Sequence record: MT446396.1
Reading direction: 5' to 3' (one strand)
Length of the DNA stretch: 64,000 nucleotides
Source: Escherichia virus TH22
Positions 36,308 through 44,640 of this stretch are shown piece after piece. The notes under the pieces are model-generated. The model searched no databases. It had not been told where the DNA came from and was given only the letters and a program-made list of their open reading frames with translations. Numbering within the stretch: position 1 is the first letter of the stretch; each line of letters begins with the position of its first letter. Made by a program: the position numbers and the translations under genes.

Positions 36308-36475
36308 ATGAAAACATTCAAAGATTTTATCAACGAAGATATGGCTGCCGGTGATGCAGGTGGAAACCCAACTAATATCGCAACAGGTACCACTTCCGGG
36401 GCAGTTGTCAATAAAGGCCCTGAACAAATCCCATCAAAAAAGCGTAAGAATAAAGACGATAAACCTACAGTATAA
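36308..36475 (+). CDS. hypothetical small Gly/Lys-rich protein
   Basis: 55 aa with GGGGTG-containing SD; followed by hairpin; below track cutoff. Confidence 0.3.
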   Translation: MKTFKDFINEDMAAGDAGGNPTNIATGTTSGAVVNKGPEQIPSKKRKNKDDKPTV

Positions 36476-36507
36476 TGGTCCTTCGGGGCCATTGAAATGA
36501 GGAAACT

Positions 36508-37536
36508 ATGTCATATATTGATAGAGAATTTGCAGTCAGAGCTTTATCGTATCAACCACGTTATAGAGAAGTCACCGGGAGCACATTTAAGGCAAACTGT
36601 CGTTGCAAGGTTTGTGGTGACTCCCAGAAAGATTCGCACAAGGCTCGATTCTGGGCGTATACCAATCCGTCTGATGGTGCGGTTTACGTGAAATGTTTTA
36701 ACTGTGACTACTCCACGCATATAAGCAAATACATAAAAGAGTTTGAGCCGGATTTGCACCGGGAATATATGGTTGAGAAGTACAAGGAAAACGCCTTCGG
36801 TCGACAACGTAATGAAGTTGCAGAAGCTCCGAAAGAACAAGAAAAAACTCCGGTTATTGAAGAGCTTGCTTTTTGCGAAAGAATCGATACTTTACCAGAA
36901 GCGCATCCGATAGTTAAGTATGTGAAAAGTCGGTGTATTCCGAGCAATGTTTGGAACCGGTTATGGTTTACAAACAAATGGCCTGCATTAGTTAACTCCG
37001 TTAATCCTGGGACGTATAAGAATGAAACGAATGAACCACGCTTGGTTATTCCTATCTTCAACGGCAAAAAAGAAATCGAATCTTTCCAAGGACGAGCTCT
37101 TCGCAAAGATGCACCACAAAAATATATCACAATCAAAGCTCACCCAGAAGCTTCCAAAGTCTATGGCGTAGACAAGATTGATGAGCGCAAGCGCGTGTGG
37201 GTAATGGAAGGTCCGATTGATAGTTTGTTTATCCCTAACAGCATTGCGATAACCGGTGGAACATTAGCATTGGAAGCCGTTCCTTATGCTGAAACCCGAG
37301 TATGGGTAATGGACAACGAGCCAAGACATCCGGATACGATTAAACGTATGAAGAAGCTCGTTGAAGCGGGTGAAGCCGTTATGTTCTGGGACAATGCACC
37401 ATGGCATACGAAAGACATAAATGAGATGGTTAAATCGGAGGGCGCAACCCCTGAACAAATCGAATCATATATGGCCGATAACATTGCTCAAGGGTTGATG
37501 GCGAGAATGCGACTTTCGAAGTACGCAAAAGTTTAG
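36508..37536 (+). CDS. 61: DNA primase gp61
   Basis: 342 aa; N-terminal Zn ribbon CRCKVCG...CFNCD, TOPRIM-like EGPIDSLF / VMDNEP. Confidence 0.9.
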   Translation: MSYIDREFAVRALSYQPRYREVTGSTFKANCRCKVCGDSQKDSHKARFWAYTNPSDGAVYVKCFNCDYSTHISKYIKEFEPDLHREYMVEKYKENAFGRQRNEVAEAPKEQEKTPVIEELAFCERIDTLPEAHPIVKYVKSRCIPSNVWNRLWFTNKWPALVNSVNPGTYKNETNEPRLVIPIFNGKKEIESFQGRALRKDAPQKYITIKAHPEASKVYGVDKIDERKRVWVMEGPIDSLFIPNSIAITGGTLALEAVPYAETRVWVMDNEPRHPDTIKRMKKLVEAGEAVMFWDNAPWHTKDINEMVKSEGATPEQIESYMADNIAQGLMARMRLSKYAKV

Positions 37537-37654
37537 GAAGGGATTCCGGTAAGTTCCACAGAAAAACATCAAGAGCTAAAAAGCCCATGATGTTTCTTGT
37601 CTTTCTTACTGGTTAATTTCCAAATCCGATGGAATAATATTCACATTATTCCAT

Positions 37655-37852
37655 CTATATAAGGCCGATTAATGCCAGTAAAATATCTACAACTGATTCG
37701 AGTGCAATGACTGGTAATATAACACCATGTGTCAATGCAACAGGGGCAACAACGAAGTTCCAGAGTAGAACTAAACAGAGTATCGAAAGGACCAGAATCG
37801 TTCGCTTACGACTGCCTTTGATGGCTTGAATTAGACTAGATAGTTTGAGCAT
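37655..37852 (-). CDS. hypothetical small membrane protein (opposite strand)
   Basis: 65 aa from ATG with GGAGGA SD (track ORF 37655..37882 -); two hydrophobic helices; CATAAATA late-promoter-like element upstream on the - strand. Confidence 0.4.
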   Translation of the reverse strand: MLKLSSLIQAIKGSRKRTILVLSILCLVLLWNFVVAPVALTHGVILPVIALESVVDILLALIGLI

Positions 37853-37879
37853 ATATCCTCCTTCCGTGTATTTATGCTT

Positions 37880-37937
37880 CAAACCAATATGATATAATTA
37901 ACATACAAAATAACATGAATTGATAAGGAAAAATATA
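37880..37937 (+). promoter_or_regulatory. promoter upstream of gene 56
   Basis: TATAAT at 37893-37898. Confidence 0.4.
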
Positions 37938-38456
37938 ATGGCTCATTTTAATGAATGTTCACAACTGATTGCCGGTGTTGATAAAGCTGAAGAAGCTTAT
38001 GACAATGCAATTACAAAAGGTACTGACCCGCTGCAGATTATGCTTGATATGCAGAAATCATTGCAAGTTCGTCTGGCTACTGAAAAACCAGAATATAACT
38101 CACATCCAGATGAATTGGCTACTGCAGGTGATGTTGTTGCATGGCTTCGTAACCAGAAAGATTATGTCGACGACGAATTCCGTGAACTTCTGACTTCTCT
38201 CGGTGGTATGTCTAATGGCGAGAAAGCTGCATCTAGTGTATGGAAACCATGGAAAGTCCAACATGCTGAATTCCGTAATCGTCGTATTGATGAGTTGTCT
38301 CCCGAAGACCAGCTCGAAATTAAATTTGAGATGATTGATATCCTGCACTTTGTTCTGAACATGTTCCATGGCCTTGGACTGACTGCAGAAGAAATCTTTA
38401 AATTGTATTACCTGAAAAACGCTGAGAACTTTGCTCGTCAGGACCGGGGTTATTAA
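37938..38456 (+). CDS. 56: dCTPase/dUTPase-type NTP pyrophosphatase gp56 (MazG-like)
   Basis: 172 aa from MAHFNEC; collinear with T4 gp56 (EFRELLTSLG, MIDILHFVLN, FARQDRGY). Confidence 0.8.
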   Translation: MAHFNECSQLIAGVDKAEEAYDNAITKGTDPLQIMLDMQKSLQVRLATEKPEYNSHPDELATAGDVVAWLRNQKDYVDDEFRELLTSLGGMSNGEKAASSVWKPWKVQHAEFRNRRIDELSPEDQLEIKFEMIDILHFVLNMFHGLGLTAEEIFKLYYLKNAENFARQDRGY

Positions 38457-38458
38457 GT

Positions 38459-38466
38459 TATAAATA
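38459..38466 (+). promoter_or_regulatory. late promoter TATAAATA for soc
   Basis: exact TATAAATA about 30 nt upstream of the soc start. Confidence 0.55.
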
Positions 38467-38497
38467 CACCCGTAATTAAACAACAAAGGAGTTAATT

Positions 38498-38731
38498 ATG
38501 GGTGGTTTCGTTAATATCAAAACCTTTACGCATCCAGCTGGTGAAGGTAAAGAAGTTAAAGGTGTTGAAGTATCTGTTCCGTTTGAAATCTATTCAAATG
38601 AGCATCGTATTGCAAATGCACACTATCAGACTTTTCCTTCCGAAAAGGCCGCTTATGTCACCGTAGCGTCTAGTGCAGCTGATTGGCGAACTAAGAACGC
38701 GGCGATGTTTACGCCTACCCCAGTAGTTTAA
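38498..38731 (+). CDS. soc: small outer capsid protein Soc
   Basis: 77 aa; GFVNIKTF...AHYQTFPSEKAAY matches T4 Soc. Confidence 0.75.
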   Translation: MGGFVNIKTFTHPAGEGKEVKGVEVSVPFEIYSNEHRIANAHYQTFPSEKAAYVTVASSAADWRTKNAAMFTPTPVV

Positions 38732-38735
38732 TTAT

Positions 38736-38759
38736 AGGGACTCTTCGGAGTCCCTTTTT
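38736..38759 (+). terminator. intrinsic terminator
   Basis: GGGACTCTTCGGAGTCCC hairpin + TTTTT. Confidence 0.7.
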
Positions 38760-38807
38760 GCTTTTAATAGAAGCGGTATAATTATTTCAATTACAGAGGA
38801 GAATACT

Positions 38808-39005
38808 ATGTTAAACCGTTGGATTAAACCAAACAAAGCTTTAGATGAAATTATTGCGCATGATGTCCATTTTAAGTATGGTCTGGGTGTGTTTGATGAA
38901 GTTATCGTACATTCATTCATGATGCATGACGATGACTCTTTAGAATTCAATATTGAAATCAGTTATGATGATGGTCAAGTTGAATTTAAACGAGGTTTCC
39001 TATGA
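38808..39005 (+). CDS. hypothetical protein
   Basis: 65-aa ORF. Confidence 0.3.
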   Translation: MLNRWIKPNKALDEIIAHDVHFKYGLGVFDEVIVHSFMMHDDDSLEFNIEISYDDGQVEFKRGFL

Positions 39006-39343
39006 TTAGTTGGCTCAAGAATTTATTCAAGACTAAACCAAACGAGGGCGTGGTTCCAGTTAGCCCGCCAGATGTTAAGCTAAGAGAATATGCTTACATG
39101 GGTGATGGTATGATGGAAGAAGTGGTCAAATCGAAATCAAAAGACCTATATTCTACAATGTCAGAAGAAGACTTACAAAAACGTTTAACTCGACTGCAAG
39201 AACAAAGAGCCCAAGCGCAAAGCAGTATCGATACTACTTCGATTGTGGTCACCGCTGCCGCAGTTAGTTCGTGGACCGGTGATTCGTCTTATTCCTCCTA
39301 TGATTCGGGAAGCTGTGATTCGTCTTCCAGCTCGTGTGATTAA
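39002..39343 (+). CDS. hypothetical protein with Ser/Cys-rich low-complexity C-terminus
   Basis: 113 aa ending SSYSSYDSGSCDSSSSSCD. Confidence 0.3.
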   Translation: MISWLKNLFKTKPNEGVVPVSPPDVKLREYAYMGDGMMEEVVKSKSKDLYSTMSEEDLQKRLTRLQEQRAQAQSSIDTTSIVVTAAAVSSWTGDSSYSSYDSGSCDSSSSSCD

Positions 39344-39538
39344 ATGAGAATTACAAGTTGGCTTAAAGATTGGTTGGTTACTCCAGGGATTGATGATTCC
39401 TGGGTGGCCAGAGCCGAGGAAGAAATGCAGCGCGAAGCCGAAGAATGGGCCGTTAACGGGCTTAAAGCCATGCAGGAAAAGAAGACCGAACGAGCAGCGC
39501 TTAAACTGATGCGTGATATCTACGGAGATAAATCATGA
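39344..39538 (+). CDS. hypothetical protein
   Basis: 64-aa ORF. Confidence 0.3.
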   Translation: MRITSWLKDWLVTPGIDDSWVARAEEEMQREAEEWAVNGLKAMQEKKTERAALKLMRDIYGDKS

Positions 39539-39684
39539 CACAAGAAGATGCTGAACGCCGAGCAAAAGAAGCACTGGATTTGCTTTTGAAAATTGGCAGT
39601 AAAATGATGGAAGAAAACGAAAAGTACATCAAGGAAAATAAAGTTCCTGATGGTCCATTAGTCGGTAAGAGGAAAACATTATGA
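39535..39684 (+). CDS. hypothetical small protein
   Basis: 49 aa; below track cutoff. Confidence 0.25.
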   Translation: MTQEDAERRAKEALDLLLKIGSKMMEENEKYIKENKVPDGPLVGKRKTL

Positions 39685-40163
39685 AAGTATATGAATTAGA
39701 ATTCTATGTCCGTGATTCGGCAGGTCAAACACGACCTTACGATGCTACCGCATGCCTTATCATGGTTTACAATGGCATGGATTCGGTCACTGCATTGGAA
39801 ACAAAATTAATGAACTTGACGATGCCAGAAAACGTTATGCTGAAGGTATTTCATAGAAAAAACGTTGATGTTGCCGAAGGGTGTCCGTTTACTGTTTCTG
39901 AAGCTCTGCACATCAAAGGCTATCGTCACCCAGACCTTTATGGCGAAGATACCATTTTCTATAAAGATAGAGATAAAATGGCCACTGAACGTCTTCAAGG
40001 TCGCACATATCTGATTTCCACTACCGACGACCTTGCTGAAGTCGAACGTCAGATTTGGAAACACTTTGATATTGGTCTGCGCTTTACTTTAACAGAAGAA
40101 GCTCTGCACGATACTAAAGTCCGAGCTCGTATGTATGGTTACGGCCCTATCGGTGGTTACTAA
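39681..40163 (+). CDS. hypothetical protein
   Basis: 160-aa ORF upstream of the mod genes (T4 mrh region). Confidence 0.35.
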   Translation: MKVYELEFYVRDSAGQTRPYDATACLIMVYNGMDSVTALETKLMNLTMPENVMLKVFHRKNVDVAEGCPFTVSEALHIKGYRHPDLYGEDTIFYKDRDKMATERLQGRTYLISTTDDLAEVERQIWKHFDIGLRFTLTEEALHDTKVRARMYGYGPIGGY

Positions 40164-40340
40164 TGGATTTATTTGAACTTTTTGAAGAGCCTAAAGCTCC
40201 TACGGAAGCCCGTGTGGACCTAGTTGACGAACTTGATGCGATTATACAGAAGCACGGTTTTAGCCTCCCAATGGAAGTTCTACGCGACCTGGCCTCATAT
40301 TACGATGACCCACCTCCATGGGCACCATGGGTGAAACAAT
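40164..40340 (+). CDS. hypothetical acidic protein
   Basis: 58 aa; below track cutoff. Confidence 0.25.
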
Positions 40341-40587
40341 GAACTGGTTAACAAATATTCCCACATCGGCGCTGGATATCGACCGTAAACATGCTCATAA
40401 GGAAATCGAGCAACAAAAAATTAATCGTTTACAAAGGCTTAAGACTGAATCCGAGACAATTAAAGTCGAAACCCCGATAAAATCGAAAAGTTCTTACTCA
40501 TCATATCAATCTCCATCATACCAATCTCCGATTGGTATGGCCGTAGACATTGCAGTCTTTGGCGTTCCACTTGGAGTGTTTAAGTAG
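40339..40587 (+). CDS. hypothetical protein with Ser/Tyr-rich segment
   Basis: 82 aa; SSYSSYQSPSYQSP then hydrophobic tail. Confidence 0.3.
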   Translation: MNWLTNIPTSALDIDRKHAHKEIEQQKINRLQRLKTESETIKVETPIKSKSSYSSYQSPSYQSPIGMAVDIAVFGVPLGVFK

Positions 40588-40643
40588 TTTACTTACTCCC
40601 CTCCTAATGACATAATGGTCTTTCTTACAACAGAGAGACCATT
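40586..40643 (+). promoter_or_regulatory. promoter + hairpin abutting the modB-like start
   Basis: GTTTAC, CATAAT; inverted repeat AATGGTCT...AGACCATT ends at the ATG. Confidence 0.4.
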
Positions 40644-41204
40644 ATGAACATCATCAAATCTGATACCGAACCCAACCAGTTAAAATTTAGTGAAATGGAG
40701 ATAGCTTCATTATTTGAATGCCGTACATCAAAGGTTGATAAGACCTTGCATTCAAATGTCAACTCAATCATCAAGTCAAGGTTGTCTATACCCGATACAG
40801 TCTTGTGGCGCGGGGTAACCCAGCAAGAGATTGATTTGTTAGATGAAGCAAAAGAATCAATGCAACCTTTTGAATTTGGACGGATAACCTCCTTTACAGA
40901 AGACTATGGTATTGCCAGGGATTTTGCTGCAATGGAATATGTGACTAGGACTATCGTCAGATTGAATCAGACCAAAGCTTTTTGTTACCATGATGCGATG
41001 CGCAAAATCGCACTTGATGTTCCACTTGAATTCTTCAATACAGCTTCTGGTTCCGCACGGGCAGCTACATTAAGGCGTGAAGAATACATGGACATGATTG
41101 ATTCCGAGCTTGAATGGTTTGTTCCAGTTGACCAGAAATTCGTGGTAGTTGATGCTGGATTTATTGATGATTATTATGTTCTTGACTGTGTACAAGAGCA
41201 ATAA
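40644..41204 (+). CDS. modB: ADP-ribosyltransferase, ModB-like (R-S-E class)
   Basis: 186 aa; R in LWRG, S-x-T in SFT, E-x-E in ELEWFVP; upstream paralog as modB is in T4. Confidence 0.65.
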   Translation: MNIIKSDTEPNQLKFSEMEIASLFECRTSKVDKTLHSNVNSIIKSRLSIPDTVLWRGVTQQEIDLLDEAKESMQPFEFGRITSFTEDYGIARDFAAMEYVTRTIVRLNQTKAFCYHDAMRKIALDVPLEFFNTASGSARAATLRREEYMDMIDSELEWFVPVDQKFVVVDAGFIDDYYVLDCVQEQ

Positions 41205-41248
41205 GACACGTTAAGATGTTCCTATCAACTACTGATGAGGATAATAAA
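41182..41248 (+). promoter_or_regulatory. early promoter with family-A leader
   Basis: TTGACTGTGTACA ... CCTATCAACTACTGATGAGG. Confidence 0.45.
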
Positions 41249-41863
41249 ATGCTGTACACTGATGACGTTTTGAATGGAATTATTGACACTGCCGCTTCTA
41301 GTGAGTCTTTTCGTAACCAATGCCAAGCGGAGATTGATGCTCTTTATACAGATAATGAGCAATCAGTACTCTGGCAGTGTATGGAAAATAAACCTGACCT
41401 GATTCAAGAAGACTTGTCCAGGATTATCCGCAACAATCTGAATACTGCACCACCCCCGGCGTTGTTCCGTGGTATATCAAAGAAAACTATGGAATACCTG
41501 GAAGATTTAAGATATGTTGGTGCAACGATTGAATTCAATCGTGTAATGAGTTTTTCCAGGGACTGGCAGGTTGCAAGAAATTTCGCATCATACAGTTTCT
41601 ATGGAACAAGGAATATTTTCTGCATAAACAATGCACCATATGCGTATAACTATCAGGAAGCAATCTTCAAAATGATTTGTGGTGCTCCTCCTGAAGAGTT
41701 CAATGGTGCATATCCAGAAGCAACCAGGAAGTCAAACTTGCACCTGGTTAATGATGAAGATGAGTTTATGTTTCCCGCTGGGACTACGCTCCGCGTAGAC
41801 TTGATTGAAACACACCCATTGAATAACCTGTATACTGTTTGGCATTTGACTGTTTTGAACTAA
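41249..41863 (+). CDS. modA: ADP-ribosyltransferase, ModA-like (R-S-E class)
   Basis: 204 aa; LFRG, SFS, EDEFMFP; paralog of the upstream gene. Confidence 0.65.
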   Translation: MLYTDDVLNGIIDTAASSESFRNQCQAEIDALYTDNEQSVLWQCMENKPDLIQEDLSRIIRNNLNTAPPPALFRGISKKTMEYLEDLRYVGATIEFNRVMSFSRDWQVARNFASYSFYGTRNIFCINNAPYAYNYQEAIFKMICGAPPEEFNGAYPEATRKSNLHLVNDEDEFMFPAGTTLRVDLIETHPLNNLYTVWHLTVLN

Positions 41864-41922
41864 CCAAAGACCTTAGAACCATTATACACAGTAAAAATAA
41901 AAGCGTTAAAGGCGAAAAAGTG

Positions 41923-41998
41923 GTGTACATGAAAGATGAACGGTGTATAATAATTTCATACTGAGTTACCAAATCGTCCGTAAGATGAGAAAAATATC
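41923..41998 (+). promoter_or_regulatory. early promoter with family-B leader
   Basis: GTGTACA, TATAAT, TTCATACTGAGTTACCAAA. Confidence 0.5.
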
Positions 41999-42745
41999 AT
42001 GACTTTATCAAAAACCAAAACGCTGAAAGTTAAACGTCGCCTGGAACACACTCAAGCTTCTGCTAAACGTCGTGGCAAGGACTTTAACCTGGATTTCAAT
42101 TACCTGGTTAACATTCTTGACCAAAAAGTTTGTGCTTATTCTGGTGAAACATTTAATAACTCTATTGAAGGTGAGAAGTTATCATTAGAGCGTTTTAACA
42201 ATGACATTGGTTATATCAAAGGTAATGTTATTCCTGTTAAAAAGAAATACAACACCATGCGTTCTGATTGGTCCCTGGATGAGCTTAAACAACGTCGTGA
42301 TGATGTTGCTGTAAAAATTGCTCGTCCATCTGTCAAGAAGATTGAAAAGTTAAATCTGACTGCAGAGAAATGGGAACAGATTAAAAAGTCATATACCCAT
42401 ATCAAGAACATCCAACACAAACGTGAGAATCGCGTTAAGCATTATGCTCAAATGAGTAAATCAGAGCAGTCCAAAGAAAACCAATTAAAAATGGTTGCTC
42501 TGAAGGCTCGCATTGATGGTTCCCGTATTGCGGAAGGTCATGAGCTTACTAAATTGAACGTCTTGCTCAAAGGTAATGACTGGAAAGTTACCAAGAAATT
42601 AACTAATGCTGAAACGCTTTTTGATTGCTATGATAAAATCATTCAAGGTCTTGAGCGTTTTGAGAAGATTGGTTTTATTGGTAAATTAAAACTGAAACGT
42701 GGTCTGCCTTTGAACGCGTCAATTTTTAAACTGATTAGAGGTTAA
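41999..42745 (+). CDS. srd: Srd-like protein (by synteny) with degenerate HNH-like N-terminal module
   Basis: 248 aa between mod genes and dda; CAYSG...LSLERFNNDIGYIKGNV resembles an HNH motif lacking catalytic His; Lys-rich C-terminal half. Confidence 0.35.
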   Translation: MTLSKTKTLKVKRRLEHTQASAKRRGKDFNLDFNYLVNILDQKVCAYSGETFNNSIEGEKLSLERFNNDIGYIKGNVIPVKKKYNTMRSDWSLDELKQRRDDVAVKIARPSVKKIEKLNLTAEKWEQIKKSYTHIKNIQHKRENRVKHYAQMSKSEQSKENQLKMVALKARIDGSRIAEGHELTKLNVLLKGNDWKVTKKLTNAETLFDCYDKIIQGLERFEKIGFIGKLKLKRGLPLNASIFKLIRG

Positions 42746-42746
42746 T

Positions 42747-43046
42747 GTGATGTACTACGCATATGTGCTGGTCCACAAAGATAAAGATGGTTTTGAACAC
42801 CCATTGGAGTATGATGGAAAGGTTACCTTATACACCACAAAAGTGGGCGCAGAATATGAACTTGCCAACTATTCATATACTACAAGCCGCTATTTACGCA
42901 TGGGACGTATTGAAACAGTATGCACACCTAGAAAATGGTGGTTTGATAAGTGGGAAACAAAAACTGTTTTTCCTACTGAAGAACACGCACGAGAATTGAA
43001 ATTAATTTTAGATACTTTATATGTTAAGCGAGTAAAATTGGCATGA
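42747..43046 (+). CDS. hypothetical protein
   Basis: 99-aa ORF coupled to dda. Confidence 0.35.
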   Translation: MMYYAYVLVHKDKDGFEHPLEYDGKVTLYTTKVGAEYELANYSYTTSRYLRMGRIETVCTPRKWWFDKWETKTVFPTEEHARELKLILDTLYVKRVKLA

Positions 43047-44371
43047 TTAAATTTGAAGACTTGAACACAGGACAAAAAGAAGCTTTTGATTATATTACTG
43101 AAGCTATTCAGCGACGTTCAGGGGAATGTATCACTCTGAATGGTCCAGCTGGCACAGGTAAGACCACTCTGACAAAATTTGTCATTGACCACTTAGTGCG
43201 TAATGGAGTTATGGGAATTGTGCTTGCTGCACCAACTCACCAGGCGAAAAAAGTTTTATCTAAATTGTCTGGTCAAACAGCGAATACAATCCATAGTATC
43301 TTGAAGATTAACCCAACGACATATGAAGACCAAAACGTTTTTGAACAGCGCGAAATGCCTGACATGTCAAAATGCAATGTTCTGGTTTGTGATGAAGCAA
43401 GTATGTATGACGGGTCTCTGTTTAAGATTATTCTTAACTCTGTTCCTGAATGGTGCACTATTCTTGGAATTGGTGATATGCACCAGCTGCAGCCAGTTGA
43501 CCCGGGAAGCACACAGCAAAAGATAAGCCCGTTCTTTACGCATCCTAAGTTCAAACAGATTCATCTGACTGAGGTCATGCGAAGCAATGCTCCTATCATT
43601 GAAGTGGCGACAGAAATTCGCAATGGCGGCTGGTTCCGTGACTGTATGTATGAAGGTCATGGCGTGCAAGGTTTCACCTCACAAACCGCTTTAAAGGATT
43701 TCATGGTAAACTATTTCAGTATTGTAAAAGATGCTGATATGTTGATGGAAAACAGGATGTATGCATACACGAATAAATCAGTTGAAAAACTGAACAATAT
43801 TATTCGTCGCAAGCTCTATGAAACGGATAAAGCATTTTTACCGTATGAAGTCCTGGTTATGCAAGAGCCGCACATGAAAGAGCTGGAATTTGAAGGTAAG
43901 AAATTCAGCGAAACCATTTTTAATAATGGTCAGTTGGTTCGCATCAAGGATTGCAAATACACTTCCACTATTCTCCGCTGTAAAGGCGAATCGCACCAGT
44001 TAGTGATTAATTACTGGGACCTGGAAGTTGAGTCAATTGATGAAGATGAAGAATATCAGGTTGACCGCATCAAAGTTTTACCAGAAGACCAGCAACCAAA
44101 ATTCCAGGCATATCTGGCGAAAGTTGCTGACACATACAAACAGATGAAAGCCGCTGGTAAACGTCCAGAGTGGAAAGACTTCTGGAAAGCGCGCAGGACC
44201 TTCTTGAAAGTCCGTGCTCTTCCGGTCAGTACAATCCACAAGGCCCAAGGCGTTTCAGTGGACAAAGCATTCATCTATACTCCATGCATCCATATGGCCG
44301 AAGCTTCATTAGCGAGCCAGTTGGCTTATGTTGGAATCACACGAGCGAGGTACGACGCATATTATGTATAA
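43043..44371 (+). CDS. dda: DNA helicase Dda (SF1)
   Basis: 442 aa; Walker A GPAGTGKTT, DEASM; collinear with T4 Dda. Confidence 0.9.
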   Translation: MIKFEDLNTGQKEAFDYITEAIQRRSGECITLNGPAGTGKTTLTKFVIDHLVRNGVMGIVLAAPTHQAKKVLSKLSGQTANTIHSILKINPTTYEDQNVFEQREMPDMSKCNVLVCDEASMYDGSLFKIILNSVPEWCTILGIGDMHQLQPVDPGSTQQKISPFFTHPKFKQIHLTEVMRSNAPIIEVATEIRNGGWFRDCMYEGHGVQGFTSQTALKDFMVNYFSIVKDADMLMENRMYAYTNKSVEKLNNIIRRKLYETDKAFLPYEVLVMQEPHMKELEFEGKKFSETIFNNGQLVRIKDCKYTSTILRCKGESHQLVINYWDLEVESIDEDEEYQVDRIKVLPEDQQPKFQAYLAKVADTYKQMKAAGKRPEWKDFWKARRTFLKVRALPVSTIHKAQGVSVDKAFIYTPCIHMAEASLASQLAYVGITRARYDAYYV

Positions 44372-44609
44372 AGTACATAAAGAAGATTTAGATAATCTTA
44401 TCTATGGTATTCAGGACGCGGTTGAATTTTTCGAAGATAATCCGACTATCGTCGTGCAGGGTAATTACGTTTTGCTGGAACTGAATCTTATTCGGAAACG
44501 TATGGCCGCGATTGAATATTTTAACAATGAAGAGCCAGGGATTTTTATCTCCGACTATGTTGCTGGTGAAATTCAGAAATTAAAAGAGATGTGCGATGGT
44601 TGCTGGTGA
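44364..44609 (+). CDS. hypothetical protein (3' end extended by tandem duplication)
   Basis: 81 aa from ATG overlapping dda stop; C-terminus runs through the 40-bp duplication. Confidence 0.35.
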   Translation: MYKVHKEDLDNLIYGIQDAVEFFEDNPTIVVQGNYVLLELNLIRKRMAAIEYFNNEEPGIFISDYVAGEIQKLKEMCDGCW

Positions 44610-44640
44610 AATTCAAAAATTAAAAGAGATGTGCGATGAT
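44561..44640 (+). repeat. tandem direct duplication, 2 x 40 bp (38/40 identical)
   Basis: TGCTGGTGAAATTCAGAAATTAAAAGAGATGTGCGATGGT followed by TGCTGGTGAAATTCAAAAATTAAAAGAGATGTGCGATGAT; copy 2 carries the dexA SD and ATG. Confidence 0.9.
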
